From contig NC_057753.1 in the NCBI RefSeq assembly GCF_004010195.1, positions 2,898,087-2,962,086 on the forward strand: 64,000 nt of DNA, in the 5' to 3' direction. Shown here piece by piece: positions 25,870-36,592 of this stretch; the first letter of the stretch is position 1, and each line of letters begins with the position of its first letter. A program made the translations under genes and the position numbers. The DNA comes from Chiloscyllium plagiosum. Lineage: Eukaryota. The notes beneath the pieces were generated by a model. That model searched no databases. It saw only the letters and a program-made list of their open reading frames with translations, and was not told the DNA's origin.

Positions 25870-26650
25870 AAGTTGGATTCGCTGTTGGTCTGCTCACCGA
25901 GCTGGGAAGTTTGTTGGCACACGTTTCATCACCTTCTTAGGTGAATCGTCAGTGCTGTGTGGTCTGCTGTGAAGTCTTCAATCCTCGCCCGATTTGAATT
26001 TATGTGGTTCTGTTTGAGCTGTTTCCGCTTGGTGCCTGTTACAGTATTTCCATTGCAGAGCTTCGTACATCGGGGCGAGCTCCATGAGTTTGTTGAAGGA
26101 GTCCGAGGATGTGTACCATGCTTCCAGCAATTTCTTTGTTGTTCTTTGTTTAGCCTGTCCTAGTATCGTTGTGTTATCCCAGTCAAACTCGGGGTTCTTG
26201 TTGGCCATGTATATGGAGACCAGGGAGAGTTGGGCGTGTCGCTTAATTGCTAGTTGTTGACCATGAATGTGGATTCCTAGCTGTCTGGCTCTTTGTCCGA
26301 CATAGTGCTTAACGCAGACGTTGTGTGAGGTTTTGCAAATAATATTTGTCCTGCACATAGTCGATATCGGTACTAGCACAGTTCCTGGAAGCATGGTACT
26401 TATCCTTTGGCTCCATAAACAGACACATTGACCTGGATCCGATATACAGTTCAAACTGCTGCAATGGCAAAAAAAACGGAACCAGCGTCAACCGAAAATA
26501 GCTCAACCAGGATTACATAAAGTAGTACGGTAGTGCTTCAAAGTCGGCAACACAGCACCGATGATGTCACCTAGAAACGTTGCGAAATGTCTGCTAATAA
26601 ACCCACCTGGCCCGCGACCAAAACGGCAGAGAATCCAATCAGCTCCGGTA
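25870..26650 (-). mobile_element. Penelope-like GIY-YIG fragment with inverted terminal copy (paralog of 5325-6130)
   Basis: ORF 25978-26454. Hammerhead-like motif on the minus strand at ~25915-25955 (CTGACGAttcacctaagaaggtgatGAAACGTG). Confidence 0.8.
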
Positions 26651-27189
26651 CAAAGTACTTCGGATATGGCCGACACAATGTTAGTAAAGCTAAACGTAAC
26701 TAAAGAAAAAAATAATAATTAAAATATCCGGGTGGTCCAGCAGCACCTGCAAAGAGACAAGTGATGTTAACATTTTGCATCCAAAGTCTCTTCTATAGAA
26801 AGAACATGACTCTGAACTTTTAATTCTGATCATACATTTCCAATAGTACTGCTGTTACTGTTTCGACAGTTGCCGTCAGAGCTGCTGTGTTACTCCACCA
26901 TTTTCTGTTTTCACCTTAGATTTAGATCGTGGGCAGTATTTTGTTATTCCAAACTGCCAAAACCTGTAAGCAAATGGTTATAAGAGTTCTAAAGATTCAT
27001 GAGGGTCTAAAAGAAATTTCTCTTCATCTATATCTAAAAGAGACGTTTATTTCATTCGTCAGAGCATTTGTCTTAGTTCTAGAGTCACCAGGACGTCTAA
27101 CCACAAAATACAACTCTGATTTTGTATTGTTGTGAGGACGCATGGTAAGCAGTGTTCCTGGTGAGACTTGTACTAAAGACCCAGATCAC

Positions 27190-29849
27190 AATATCGACTA
27201 GAACCTCCTAAGTGCAGATGATTTTGATGGGGCCGTTTTTGTCAAGTGTGTTCAGGAGGGTTTTCTTAATCAGTATGTAGACAGACCGACGGAGGGAGAG
27301 ACCATTTTGGATTTGGTGCTAAGCAATGAGCCAGGATAGGTGTCAAATCTCGCGGTGGGAGGACACTTTGGTGACAGTGATCACAACTGCCCAACATTTA
27401 ACATAGCCTTAGAGAGGGAAAGGAGCAGTTACCGACGGAAGATATTCAATTCGCGAAAAGGAAATTATGACGCTATCAGACAGGAAGTGGGAAGTACAGA
27501 CTGGGAGCAATTGTTTCACAGAAAGTGCACAGAAAACATATGGAGACTGTTTATGGAGCAGTTATTGCGAGTGATTCACGCATTTATTCCTCTGTGACAG
27601 GTAAGAAGGAGTAAGATTAAGGAGCCTTGGATGGTGAGAACAAAAGAGCTTATCATCAAAAGGAAGAAGGCAGCTTATACAAGGTGGAGGAAACAAGGGC
27701 CTAGCACAACTGTAGAGTATTAAACGTTTGCTAGAAAGGAGCTCAGAAATGGACTAAGGACAACCAGGAAATGGCGCGAAAAAGGCTTGGCGAATAGCAT
27801 TAGGGAGAACCAAAAACATTTTACTCATAGGTGAGGAATAACAGAATGGTCAGGAAGAAGGTAGGGCCGATCAGGGATAGCGTAGGGAACTTGTGCATGG
27901 AGTTTGAGCAGATACGGGAAGCCCTAAATGAGTATTTTGCTTCAGTTATCTCTAAGGAAAGGGACTTTGTTGTGAATGAGAACTTTGAGGAGCTAAGATA
28001 CAGACTTGACTAGATCAGGATTGATGATGTTGATGTGCTGGAAAGTTTGGAAAACATTAATTTGATAAGTCCCCAGGACCAGACCAGATTTATTCTAGAC
28101 TGCTCCAGGAAGCAAGAAAGGAGTTTACTAAGACGCTGGCGATGATCTTTACCTCCTCACTCTCCACGGGAGTCGTACCGGAGGATTGGAAGGAGAAGAA
28201 TGTTGTTCCTCTTTTCAAGAAGGGTAATAGAGAAATCCCTGGCAATTACAGACCAGTCAGTCTTACGTCTGTATGGAGCAGTTATTGCGAGTGATTCACG
28301 CATTTATTCCTCTGTGATAGGTAAGAAGGAGTAAGATTAAGGAGCCTTGGATGGTGAGAACAAAGGAGCTTATTATCAAAAGGAAGAATGCAGCTTATAT
28401 AATGTGGAGGAAACAAGGGCCTAGCACAACTGTAGAGTATTAAATGTTTGCTAGAAAGGAGCTCAGAAATGGACTGAGGACAATCAGGAAATGGCGCGAA
28501 AAAGGCTTGGCAAATAGGATTAGGGAGAACCCAAAAACATTTTACTCATTGGTGAGGAATAACAGAATGGTCAGGAAGAAGGTAGGGCCGATCAGGGATA
28601 GCGTAGGGAACTTGTGCATGGAGTTTGAGCAGATTCGGGAAGCCCTAAATGAGTATTTTGCTTCAGTTACCTCTAAGGAAAGGGACTTTGTTGTGAATGA
28701 GAACTTTGAGGAGCTAAGATACAGACTTGACTAGATCAGGATTGATGATGTTGATGTGCTGGAAAGTTTGGAAAACATTAATTTGATAAGTCCCCAGGAC
28801 CAGACCAGATTTATTCTAGACTGCTCCAGGAAGCAAGAAAGGAGTTTACTAAGACGCTGGCGATGATCTTTACCTCCTCACTCTCCACGGGAGTCGTACC
28901 GGAAGATTGGAAGGAGAAGAATGTTGTTCCTCTTTTCAAGAAGGGTAATAGAGAAATCCCTGGCAATTACAGACCAGTCAGTCTTACGTCTGTGATCAGC
29001 AAAGTTTTGGAAAGATTTCTGAGGGATAGGATCTATGACTATTTGGCAAAGTATACTGTGATTAAAGGCAGTCAGCATGGCTTTGTGAGGTGTATGTCAT
29101 GCCTCACAAATCTTATTGAGTTCTTCGAGGTGGTGACAAGACAGGTTGACGAAGGTCGAGCAGTGGATGTGGTGTATGTGGACTTGAGCAAGGCATTTGA
29201 TAAGATTCCCCATGGTAGGGTCATTCATAAAGTCAGGAAGTATGGGATACAGGGAGATTTGGCTATCTGGATTCAGAATTGTTTGCTGACAGAAGGCAGA
29301 GAGTGGTTGTAGATGGAAGGTATTCTGCCTGGAGGTCAGTGTTGAGTGGGGTCCGGCGGGGCTCTCTTCTTGGGCCTCTGCTCTTCGTAGTTTTTATGAA
29401 GGACTTGGACGAGGAGGTTGAGGGGTGGGTTAGTAGATTTGCCGATGACACAAAGGTTGAAGGTGTCGTCGATAGTATCGAGGGCTATTGCAGGCTGCAA
29501 CGTGACATAGATAGGATGCAGAGCTGGGCTGAGAAATGGCAGATGGAGTTCAAACTGGATAAATGCGAAGTGATGCATTTTGGAAGGTCGAACTCGAATG
29601 CTGAATATAGGATTAAAGACAGGATTCTTGGTAGTATGGAGGAACAGAGGGATCTTGGTGTACAAGTACATAGATCCCTCAAAGTTGCCCCCAAAGTGGA
29701 TGTGGTTGTTAAGAAAGCATATGGTGTTTTGGCTTTCATTAACAGGGCGATCGAGTTTAAGAGCCGCGAGGTTTTGTGACAGCTCTACAAGTCCCTGGTG
29801 AGACCAGGTTCGGAATATTGTGTCCAGTTCTGGTCGCCCTACTATAAGA
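27190..29849 (+). mobile_element. CR1-type LINE ORF2 (endonuclease end through RT), unit 2 only
   Basis: ORFs 27340 (GDSDHN), 28863 (PGNYRPVSLTS..QHGF..SCLTNLIEFF..DLSKAFDK) and 29279 (GSLLGPLLF..FADDTK). Confidence 0.95.
27552..28992 (+). repeat. ~720-bp tandem duplication inside the CR1
   Basis: tatggagcagttattgcgagtg starts at 27552 and 28272; both copies end gtcttacgtctg; near-identical. Confidence 0.95.
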
Positions 29850-30980
29850 CTAATTGAGATCATAATTCTGTTGTCTTCGATGGAAAATGCAAAGAAGGCG
29901 TACGGTATATTAGGTTTTATCAGTAGACGATTGAGTTTCGGAGCCATGAGGACATGTGAGCAGATTCTGTTTTATAGCACTGGTGATTAAACATTCCATT
30001 ACTGACGTTGAAGAATAGACAGAAGGGATGGTAATTGGCCTTATTGGATTTGTCCTGCTTTTTGTGTCTTGGACATATCTGACAATTTTCAAAGTATTGC
30101 GGAGACACTAGTATAAAGGCTTAACCAATAACTTGGAAAAGAGTACGACAAATTCCGGAGTGCAAACTTTCATTATGATTACCTTAATGTTGTCAGTGCC
30201 CACAGGCATTACCGTATTGAGTGCCTCCAATTGTTTCTTTGACACAATTTGGACATCCTGAAAATGAAGAAGGGATTATATCAAAGTAAAATTTCCATTT
30301 TTCGATTCCGCAATGGTCTTGTCATGGCACCAGCCAGTGTCTTGCTGAAAACTCGCTGGCATGAATGAAGCATTGCTTAGAAAAAAATCACACTTCAAAT
30401 CCTGCTCTGGAATCAGGTCCTACTGACAATCGAGTCCAAACAAAACCCCCGAACAGTATCGTACCTAGGCTCAACCTCAACCGTTCCCATGCATTTCCCA
30501 TGGCCAATCCACCTAACCTGCATATATTTGGATTGGGAGGAAATCGGAGGACCCAGAAGAAACCCACGCGGTCGCTGGCAGAATATGGAAAATCCAGACA
30601 AACAGACACCAAAGGGAGGATTCCATAATATCATGAGACATAGAAGCGGAAGCTATGCAATTCAGACAATCGAGCTTCCCTCCCCATTTGATTATGGCAC
30701 ATGGGTTTTTTAGACGTTTTTCCCATTTTCTTCCCATAACTTTTGATCCCCTTGGCAATCGAAAATTTATATGTCACTGTTTAAAATATACTCAACGATA
30801 TTGGCTCCATAGCCTTAAGTGGCAATGAATTCTACAGACTCACCACTATCAGGCTGAATGTTTCTCATTATCTCCGTTCTAAAATGTGCTTTCGGGTCCT
30901 CATCTCGCTTACTAAAGGAAACATCTTCTCAACGTCCAGTCTGTACAAAATGTTCAACATTTAGCACTATCAATCAGACC

Positions 30981-31360
30981 ACTCCTCATCCTTCTGGCAT
31001 CAATCGCTTGTAGTCCCAGATTCTTCGAAGGTTCCTCATATGCTAAACATTGTATTCCATTGGTTATTTCCGTGAACCTCACCTGGGTGCTCAGGGCCAA
31101 TACATTCTTCCTGAGGTATTGGGTCAAAATTGCTCACAATACACTAAATGTGGTCTGTCCAGTATCTAAACTCCTCATCCTTCTGGCATCCATCGCTTGT
31201 AGTCCCAGATTCTTCGAAGGTTCCTCATATGCTAAACATTGTATTCCAGTGGTTATTTCCGTGAACCTCACCTGGGTGCTCAGGGCCAATACATTCTTCC
31301 TGAGGTATTGGGTCAAAATTGCTCACAATACACTAAATGTGGTCTGTCCAGTATCTAAAC
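30981..31360 (+). repeat. 189-bp tandem duplication
   Basis: actcctcatccttctggcat..agtatctaa at 30981 and 31170, with 2 visible mismatches. Single copy in unit 1 (~10270-10440). Confidence 0.95.
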
Positions 31361-33082
31361 GTGATCTGATTCCGAACCAAGGTTCACAGTTGTGAAATAG
31401 CAGTGCTAAATGTGATCCCAACTTTCCACAAGTTAATTCATGCTGCCAAGCTTGTTTCTGCAATATGACGAACTGTTTATCCACATCAATGCTCTAGCGG
31501 AGGCGATGGTGACGTGCTGTAATCGCTGCGCTGCTGCTTCCAAAGCAATGCCCTCTGTTCGAATGTGTCATAGCAAATGGCGATATTTGAATTCAATAAA
31601 AATCAGAAATTACTGGTCATATGATCACAGTGAAATCATTGCCGATTTTGAGGGAAAACAACTGGCTCATTAATCTCCTTTACAAAAGGAAACTGCCATC
31701 CTGACTAAGTTTGACCTACATGTATTTGTCGGTATCTGGAAATCCGTCATACACAACAACTGGGGTAGATAACATATGCAGTGGCAATAATTTGAAATGC
31801 GACCTTTCACGATCTTGAGCTGCTGTATCCATGAACAACATACACATCTTAACATACTGCTCATAAAATTGTAAGATTAACTTCCGAACAATAAGCAGGA
31901 ACAGTAAACCTTTTGACAAATGGCTAATGTTTGAATAGAATTGGAATAAATATTATGAAATTGGAGACCTATACTGGCAAGAGAACATTAAAAACATAGA
32001 AACTTAAAAGATTTTCCACGAGCATCCAACAGCCTAGGAAATTCGACCATGAATAGTTTCAGGGCAAAAGTTGTTGAAATCTATTTGCATATATCATAAA
32101 ATAATGTTGTTCATGACTGACTAATTATGACTTCTGATTGCATCTAGAAGCCGAGAGACTAAAATTTAGAAATGTGAAAAGAATATAGCAGCGAACAATG
32201 TCACGAATTTAAAGCCCAAATGATTGTAACCTTTGATACTACCCTATAAAAGCGGTGAAGAAGGCTGATGATATGTGCGTCTTCAAAAGGAAAATGGTGC
32301 CGTGGAGGTGCTGAGATGGGACGGTGTGTGGACAACATTAAAAAGCACACAATACCAGGTTAACGTTAAACTGTTGATCTATAACCTGGTGTTGTGTGAC
32401 TTTTAACTTCATAATGGTATATGGTATAAAGGAGCAAGTATGTGTTTCTGCTTTTGCATAGGGACTTTTTGACTATCGAGTGAGCGCTACCAATATTTGC
32501 CAGACTGATTTCTGGGATGTCAGGAAATTCATGTAAAGAGGACTGGATCAGTTTGTACTGTATGTACTACAGTTGGGAATAATGGGGGGATCTTACAGGA
32601 AAATGCAAAATTCCAGCACGAGTAGACAGGGTCAAAACAGAAAAGGACATTTCTGATGACCAGGAGTCCACAACAAACGCAGTCTCCAAGAACATAATGG
32701 AGTATTCCTTCTTCAATTTTCCATGTTTCTATGAAGTCACAACCGGATTTGGGGTCACATCCCACTTCCTCTGTGGCCACAGGTACTGAATGAGGATTGG
32801 CAGGCAGAATCTGGTAGCGTTTACTGCGAAAGGCTCATTTCTCATCACAGGTAACGGTGAAAACCTTACCTTGATATCCAGACAGTTATTGTTCCTATCA
32901 AGAAATGTTATTAGGAAGGGTTTGGGTTTCAACAAATATCATGTGCGAAATATCACGAAGTAAATAATTCATCCATCAAAACATGAACACCAGCCGAGCA
33001 ACAGCTGTACAGATCTGTTTCTTTAAATGGACTTTAATAAAAACTTAACAAACTAATGAGCTCCCAGGTGCCTAGAATGAGA

Positions 33083-33090
33083 CATAAATA
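33083..33090 (+). promoter_or_regulatory. Possible TATA-like element upstream of the GPCR start (paralog 12148-12155)
   Basis: cataaata ~55 nt upstream of the ATG in both copies; position only. Confidence 0.25.
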
Positions 33091-33138
33091 TCACAATTTA
33101 CACTGAAATTCTAAACAAGCTCACACAGACTGATAGAA

Positions 33139-33208
33139 ATGCATGAAGCACTAAAAGGTCTGCTGTTTGCCATTTACTATCCCGTCATTGCAGTAATCGG
33201 AGTTCCAG
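33139..33208 (+). CDS. GPR139/GPR142-like class A GPCR, coding exon 1 (N-terminus and most of TM1)
   Basis: ATG at 33139, MHEALKGLLFAIYYPVIAVIGVP+G, canonical phase-1 donor cag|gtaagt. Too short for the ORF track. Confidence 0.88.
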
Positions 33209-34875
33209 GTAAGTTACTGTCCATGTAGTGAGTGCACGAATGATGCATAAGTAGCAGTGAATGAGACAGTTCATTAGAATCACCTCTCCACTTTTCAGAT
33301 TGCCTGCCTCTGATTTAATGTCTTCTCATTTCCCTATCACGAGTGCAATGGATTTCGTTTAACTGCGATCATTATTTTTCTCCAACCTTGCATTACGTCT
33401 TATTTTAACTTCATGATTTCTCCCATGTCCATCATTTTAACAGAATTTGGCAGGATTGAACTGTAACTTCTCTACGTTATCCTGTTTATTTCAAATTCTA
33501 AATCATTAGGCTTCTCCATTTTGCCCCTATAATTTGATGTTCAGCCGTATTCTGCCTCCCAAACACATACAATTTCATTCTTCTAATTATGATTCCTGCA
33601 GTTTAGTGCTGACAGCTACATTTGTAGTTCTACTGCGTGGCTGGCCCTGCTCCTGCAGTGAATGGGCATAATGTTATAATGGTGTCAGTTCTGTAAATTT
33701 CTAGTACTGACATTTTTCTTGTGGGTGAATTAACGAAACCTTACTGTTATGCAAATTAGTTCTTTGGTGTCACTGAATTTCACATTATAAATGAAGTGCA
33801 AGTTATGTCCTATTCTGTTATTCACTTCAGGTGTGGATAAATTGTCACATTGTTCACAGTGGTGTAACTGCAGATTTATTGTGATATTGACTACTACAGA
33901 GAAAAACACAAAGAATTAATAATTGAGACTTGTTAGCCACTGAAAAATATATGACAGAATTTAAATAAGGGAAATGTTAAAGAGGCAATATGTGACACCG
34001 AGACAATGACCAAATCGTTTTTATCAGTCTGCCTGGATAAGTTTGATCACGTATCCATAGTCACCTTATTCTGAGACAGCACTTGAAACCAAACCTTCCC
34101 ACCGGAGGCAATCACTTTAGCCCACAAAAAAAATCTGAATTGATTTTTGCCTAAACTTTGTTATCACTATATTTCATTGGACATGATATGTTTCAGTGTT
34201 TCGGTTCTCAGCCTCTACAAAACTCCATACATCAGCATTGCTATCCTCCATCCCATTCTGTGTTGTTCAGTGTTCTTTAATGACTGATTTCCTTTCATTT
34301 CCTTTTTTGTCACCACATAGAAATGCTCAGACACCATTTTCACCATATTTTCCACATTGAGTGAAATCCTACAAATTGTAGCATCTCTCATAGGCATGCT
34401 GCATCGATTCTTGGTTTAAATGTCCACTCAACAATGAATTTAATTGTTAATCCAGACAGTTCTGCATAAGAATTTGGCTACAATATGGCTTGTCACTGTT
34501 TGCAACTCTCAATCTGCAGTTGAAGTCCGTGCAATCGACATCCACAAATATCTATGTGTTACTGTGTTGAGGCTCAAATTCACAACTGAGTTTGATAACA
34601 TGTCCCTTTCAAAGCTGAAGATAAAATCATTGTCATTTTGCATTCAACTTGATTTGAATAACTGTCTGGCGTCTTCACTGCTGACATTTTGAAGAAGGAA
34701 TCATTTTTACAAGAGCTTGTTTCATGCATCACTTTGAATGGGCAGTGTGACGCACTCAATATCCTTCGTGAGTTAATTGCTTATTGTCAGTTTCTCTATC
34801 TTTAATTCTTTCAATATTTTCTACAATTTTCTGTCATGTTTCCAAGTCAGCTCTGTCTTCTTCCGTGTTAGAATT

Positions 34876-35462
34876 TATGGCGATGCTGCTCCATTAACAA
34901 GATAACGTTGGCCTTGTTACTTTGTCGAAGGATTTAAAAAGGTGGATGTTCCAATTTGTCTAGGTTTCGACACTTTCATTCTGGCTGGCAGCACTTAAGA
35001 AAAAAGACTTTTAGATTTTTTTTTAAATCTTGTACAATGAAAAGGATGTGGCCAGTTCCCCCAGTTCAAAGATCATTCTAGTTTGGTTTTTGTTTTAGCT
35101 GCGGACCCAGAAAAGTTGATGGAGTGAACAGAGGTTCCACGATTCGGAAATGATCCCTAGCTGATTCTCTCTGCCATCTCCCTCTCCTCTCAGCACCTGT
35201 ATTTGAATTTAACTTTTTACTTTGTGTATGGGATTTTGCGGGAAATCAGAACAGCTCTATGTTGGGTTGCGGCAGACATTGCATCGGTCGGGTTTTCAAA
35301 TCATTGTTATTCTGAATTCTTTGTTTTCTTTTGTTTGTGTTTCCTCTGGTGGTGAGTAAATACATTTTACTTGAAGCCAAATGGTTTGACGACCTTCTTC
35401 TCTACTGAGATTTCCAACTGGAAAACAATTTGAAAACTTAGTTCCTGGACTGGTCCATAACA
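34876..35462 (+). mobile_element. Solo LTR (family B) in the intron of the intact GPCR
   Basis: Starts tatggcgatgctgc (cf. tgtgacgatgctgc at 55730) and ends tggtccataaca (cf. 51790). Absent from the unit 1 intron at ~14888. Confidence 0.78.
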
Positions 35463-35675
35463 AAGCCATTAAATTAATTTTGCATTATATTGACATTTAC
35501 TTGGTGTACTTTCTCATCTGGAAACCACCAGAAACTTCATAAGCAGTCTTGGCGAGCTTTATTCATAACTTACATCAAGAAACTTTCAAATTTACAAAGA
35601 TTCCTTTAAAGAAGAGTGATTTATTTTGGGAGTAAAAAACATTCAGTTTCTTTTTTGTGTGTGTCAATATTGCAG

Positions 35676-36592
35676 CGAACTTAGCAGTTATTTCGATCCT
35701 GTCTCGAAGAAGGTGTGGTATCCCCGGGTGCATCGTTTATTACCTTGTGTCAATGGCAGTATCGGATCTACTGGTGATAGTGACAGCTGTCGTTTTAAAT
35801 CGCATTGCTGGGATTTATTTTCCATCCAGTTTTCTCTCAATCACGCCTGTGTGCAGTGTTCGTTCTGCATTCAATTACGGATTTATTGATAGTTCTGCCT
35901 GGTTAACAGTCGCCTTCACCATTGATCGATTTGTAGCCATTTCTTGCCAGACACTCAAAATGACATACTGCACCAGGAGGACAGCGATGCGCATTGTAGG
36001 AATTGTGACTACATTAAGTTTCATAAAAAATATATTTGTATATTTTACATATGAACCGAGGTACATCGTAAAAAATAAACCCTGGTTCTGCAACCTCAAA
36101 GATGTATTTTACACATCAGTTGTATGGGCTGCATATGATTGGATTTGTTCAATTTTAACCACTTGTCTCCCATTCCTTCTGATCTTACTGCTCAATGCTC
36201 TGACCGTCAGATACATTCTAGTGGCTAATAGAGCTCGCACGAGACTCCAGAACCAGAAGATGGGAAAGAATCGGAGCGATGCAGAGATGGAGAAACGAAG
36301 AAAGTCAATCGTTTTGCTCTTTGCCATTTCAGGCAGTTTCATTCTGTTCAATGTGCTGTACTTTATAACAATCCTCTACGTCCGCATTGGGAATCTTACT
36401 TATGCCTCCGGTTCCAACTTTAACAATCTCTCTTTTGTCCTCAATGAAAGTGCATTTATGCTTCAGTTTTTGAGTTCCTGCATTAACCCGTTTATTTACG
36501 CTGGAACCCAGAATAAATTCAGAGCTGAGGTAAAGAATGTGGTAAAATATCCATGGCGCATTTTCTTCAAAACGTTGAAGATTTCGAAGTGA
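35676..36592 (+). CDS. GPR139/GPR142-like class A GPCR, coding exon 2 (end of TM1 to TM7 and C-tail); spliced product 328 aa
   Basis: Acceptor ttgcag| joins G+CG to give GVP-A-N (TM1 GxxxN). MAVSDLL (TM2), PVC (C3.25), DRF, ECL2 WFC, NPFIY (TM7). Open to TGA at 36590-36592; 70+917=987 nt. Confidence 0.93.

Noticed and set aside
29336..29947. 203-aa minus-strand ORF
   Set aside because: Antisense of CR1 RT with no independent motif.
35657..35675. ORF-track start (GTG) making the GPCR a single-exon 311-aa gene
   Set aside because: These bases are the polypyrimidine tract and acceptor. TM1 is incomplete without the upstream ATG exon.
33139..36592. Assigning the symbol GPR139
   Set aside because: Family resemblance only. 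Multiple local paralogs argue against simple orthology without a phylogeny.
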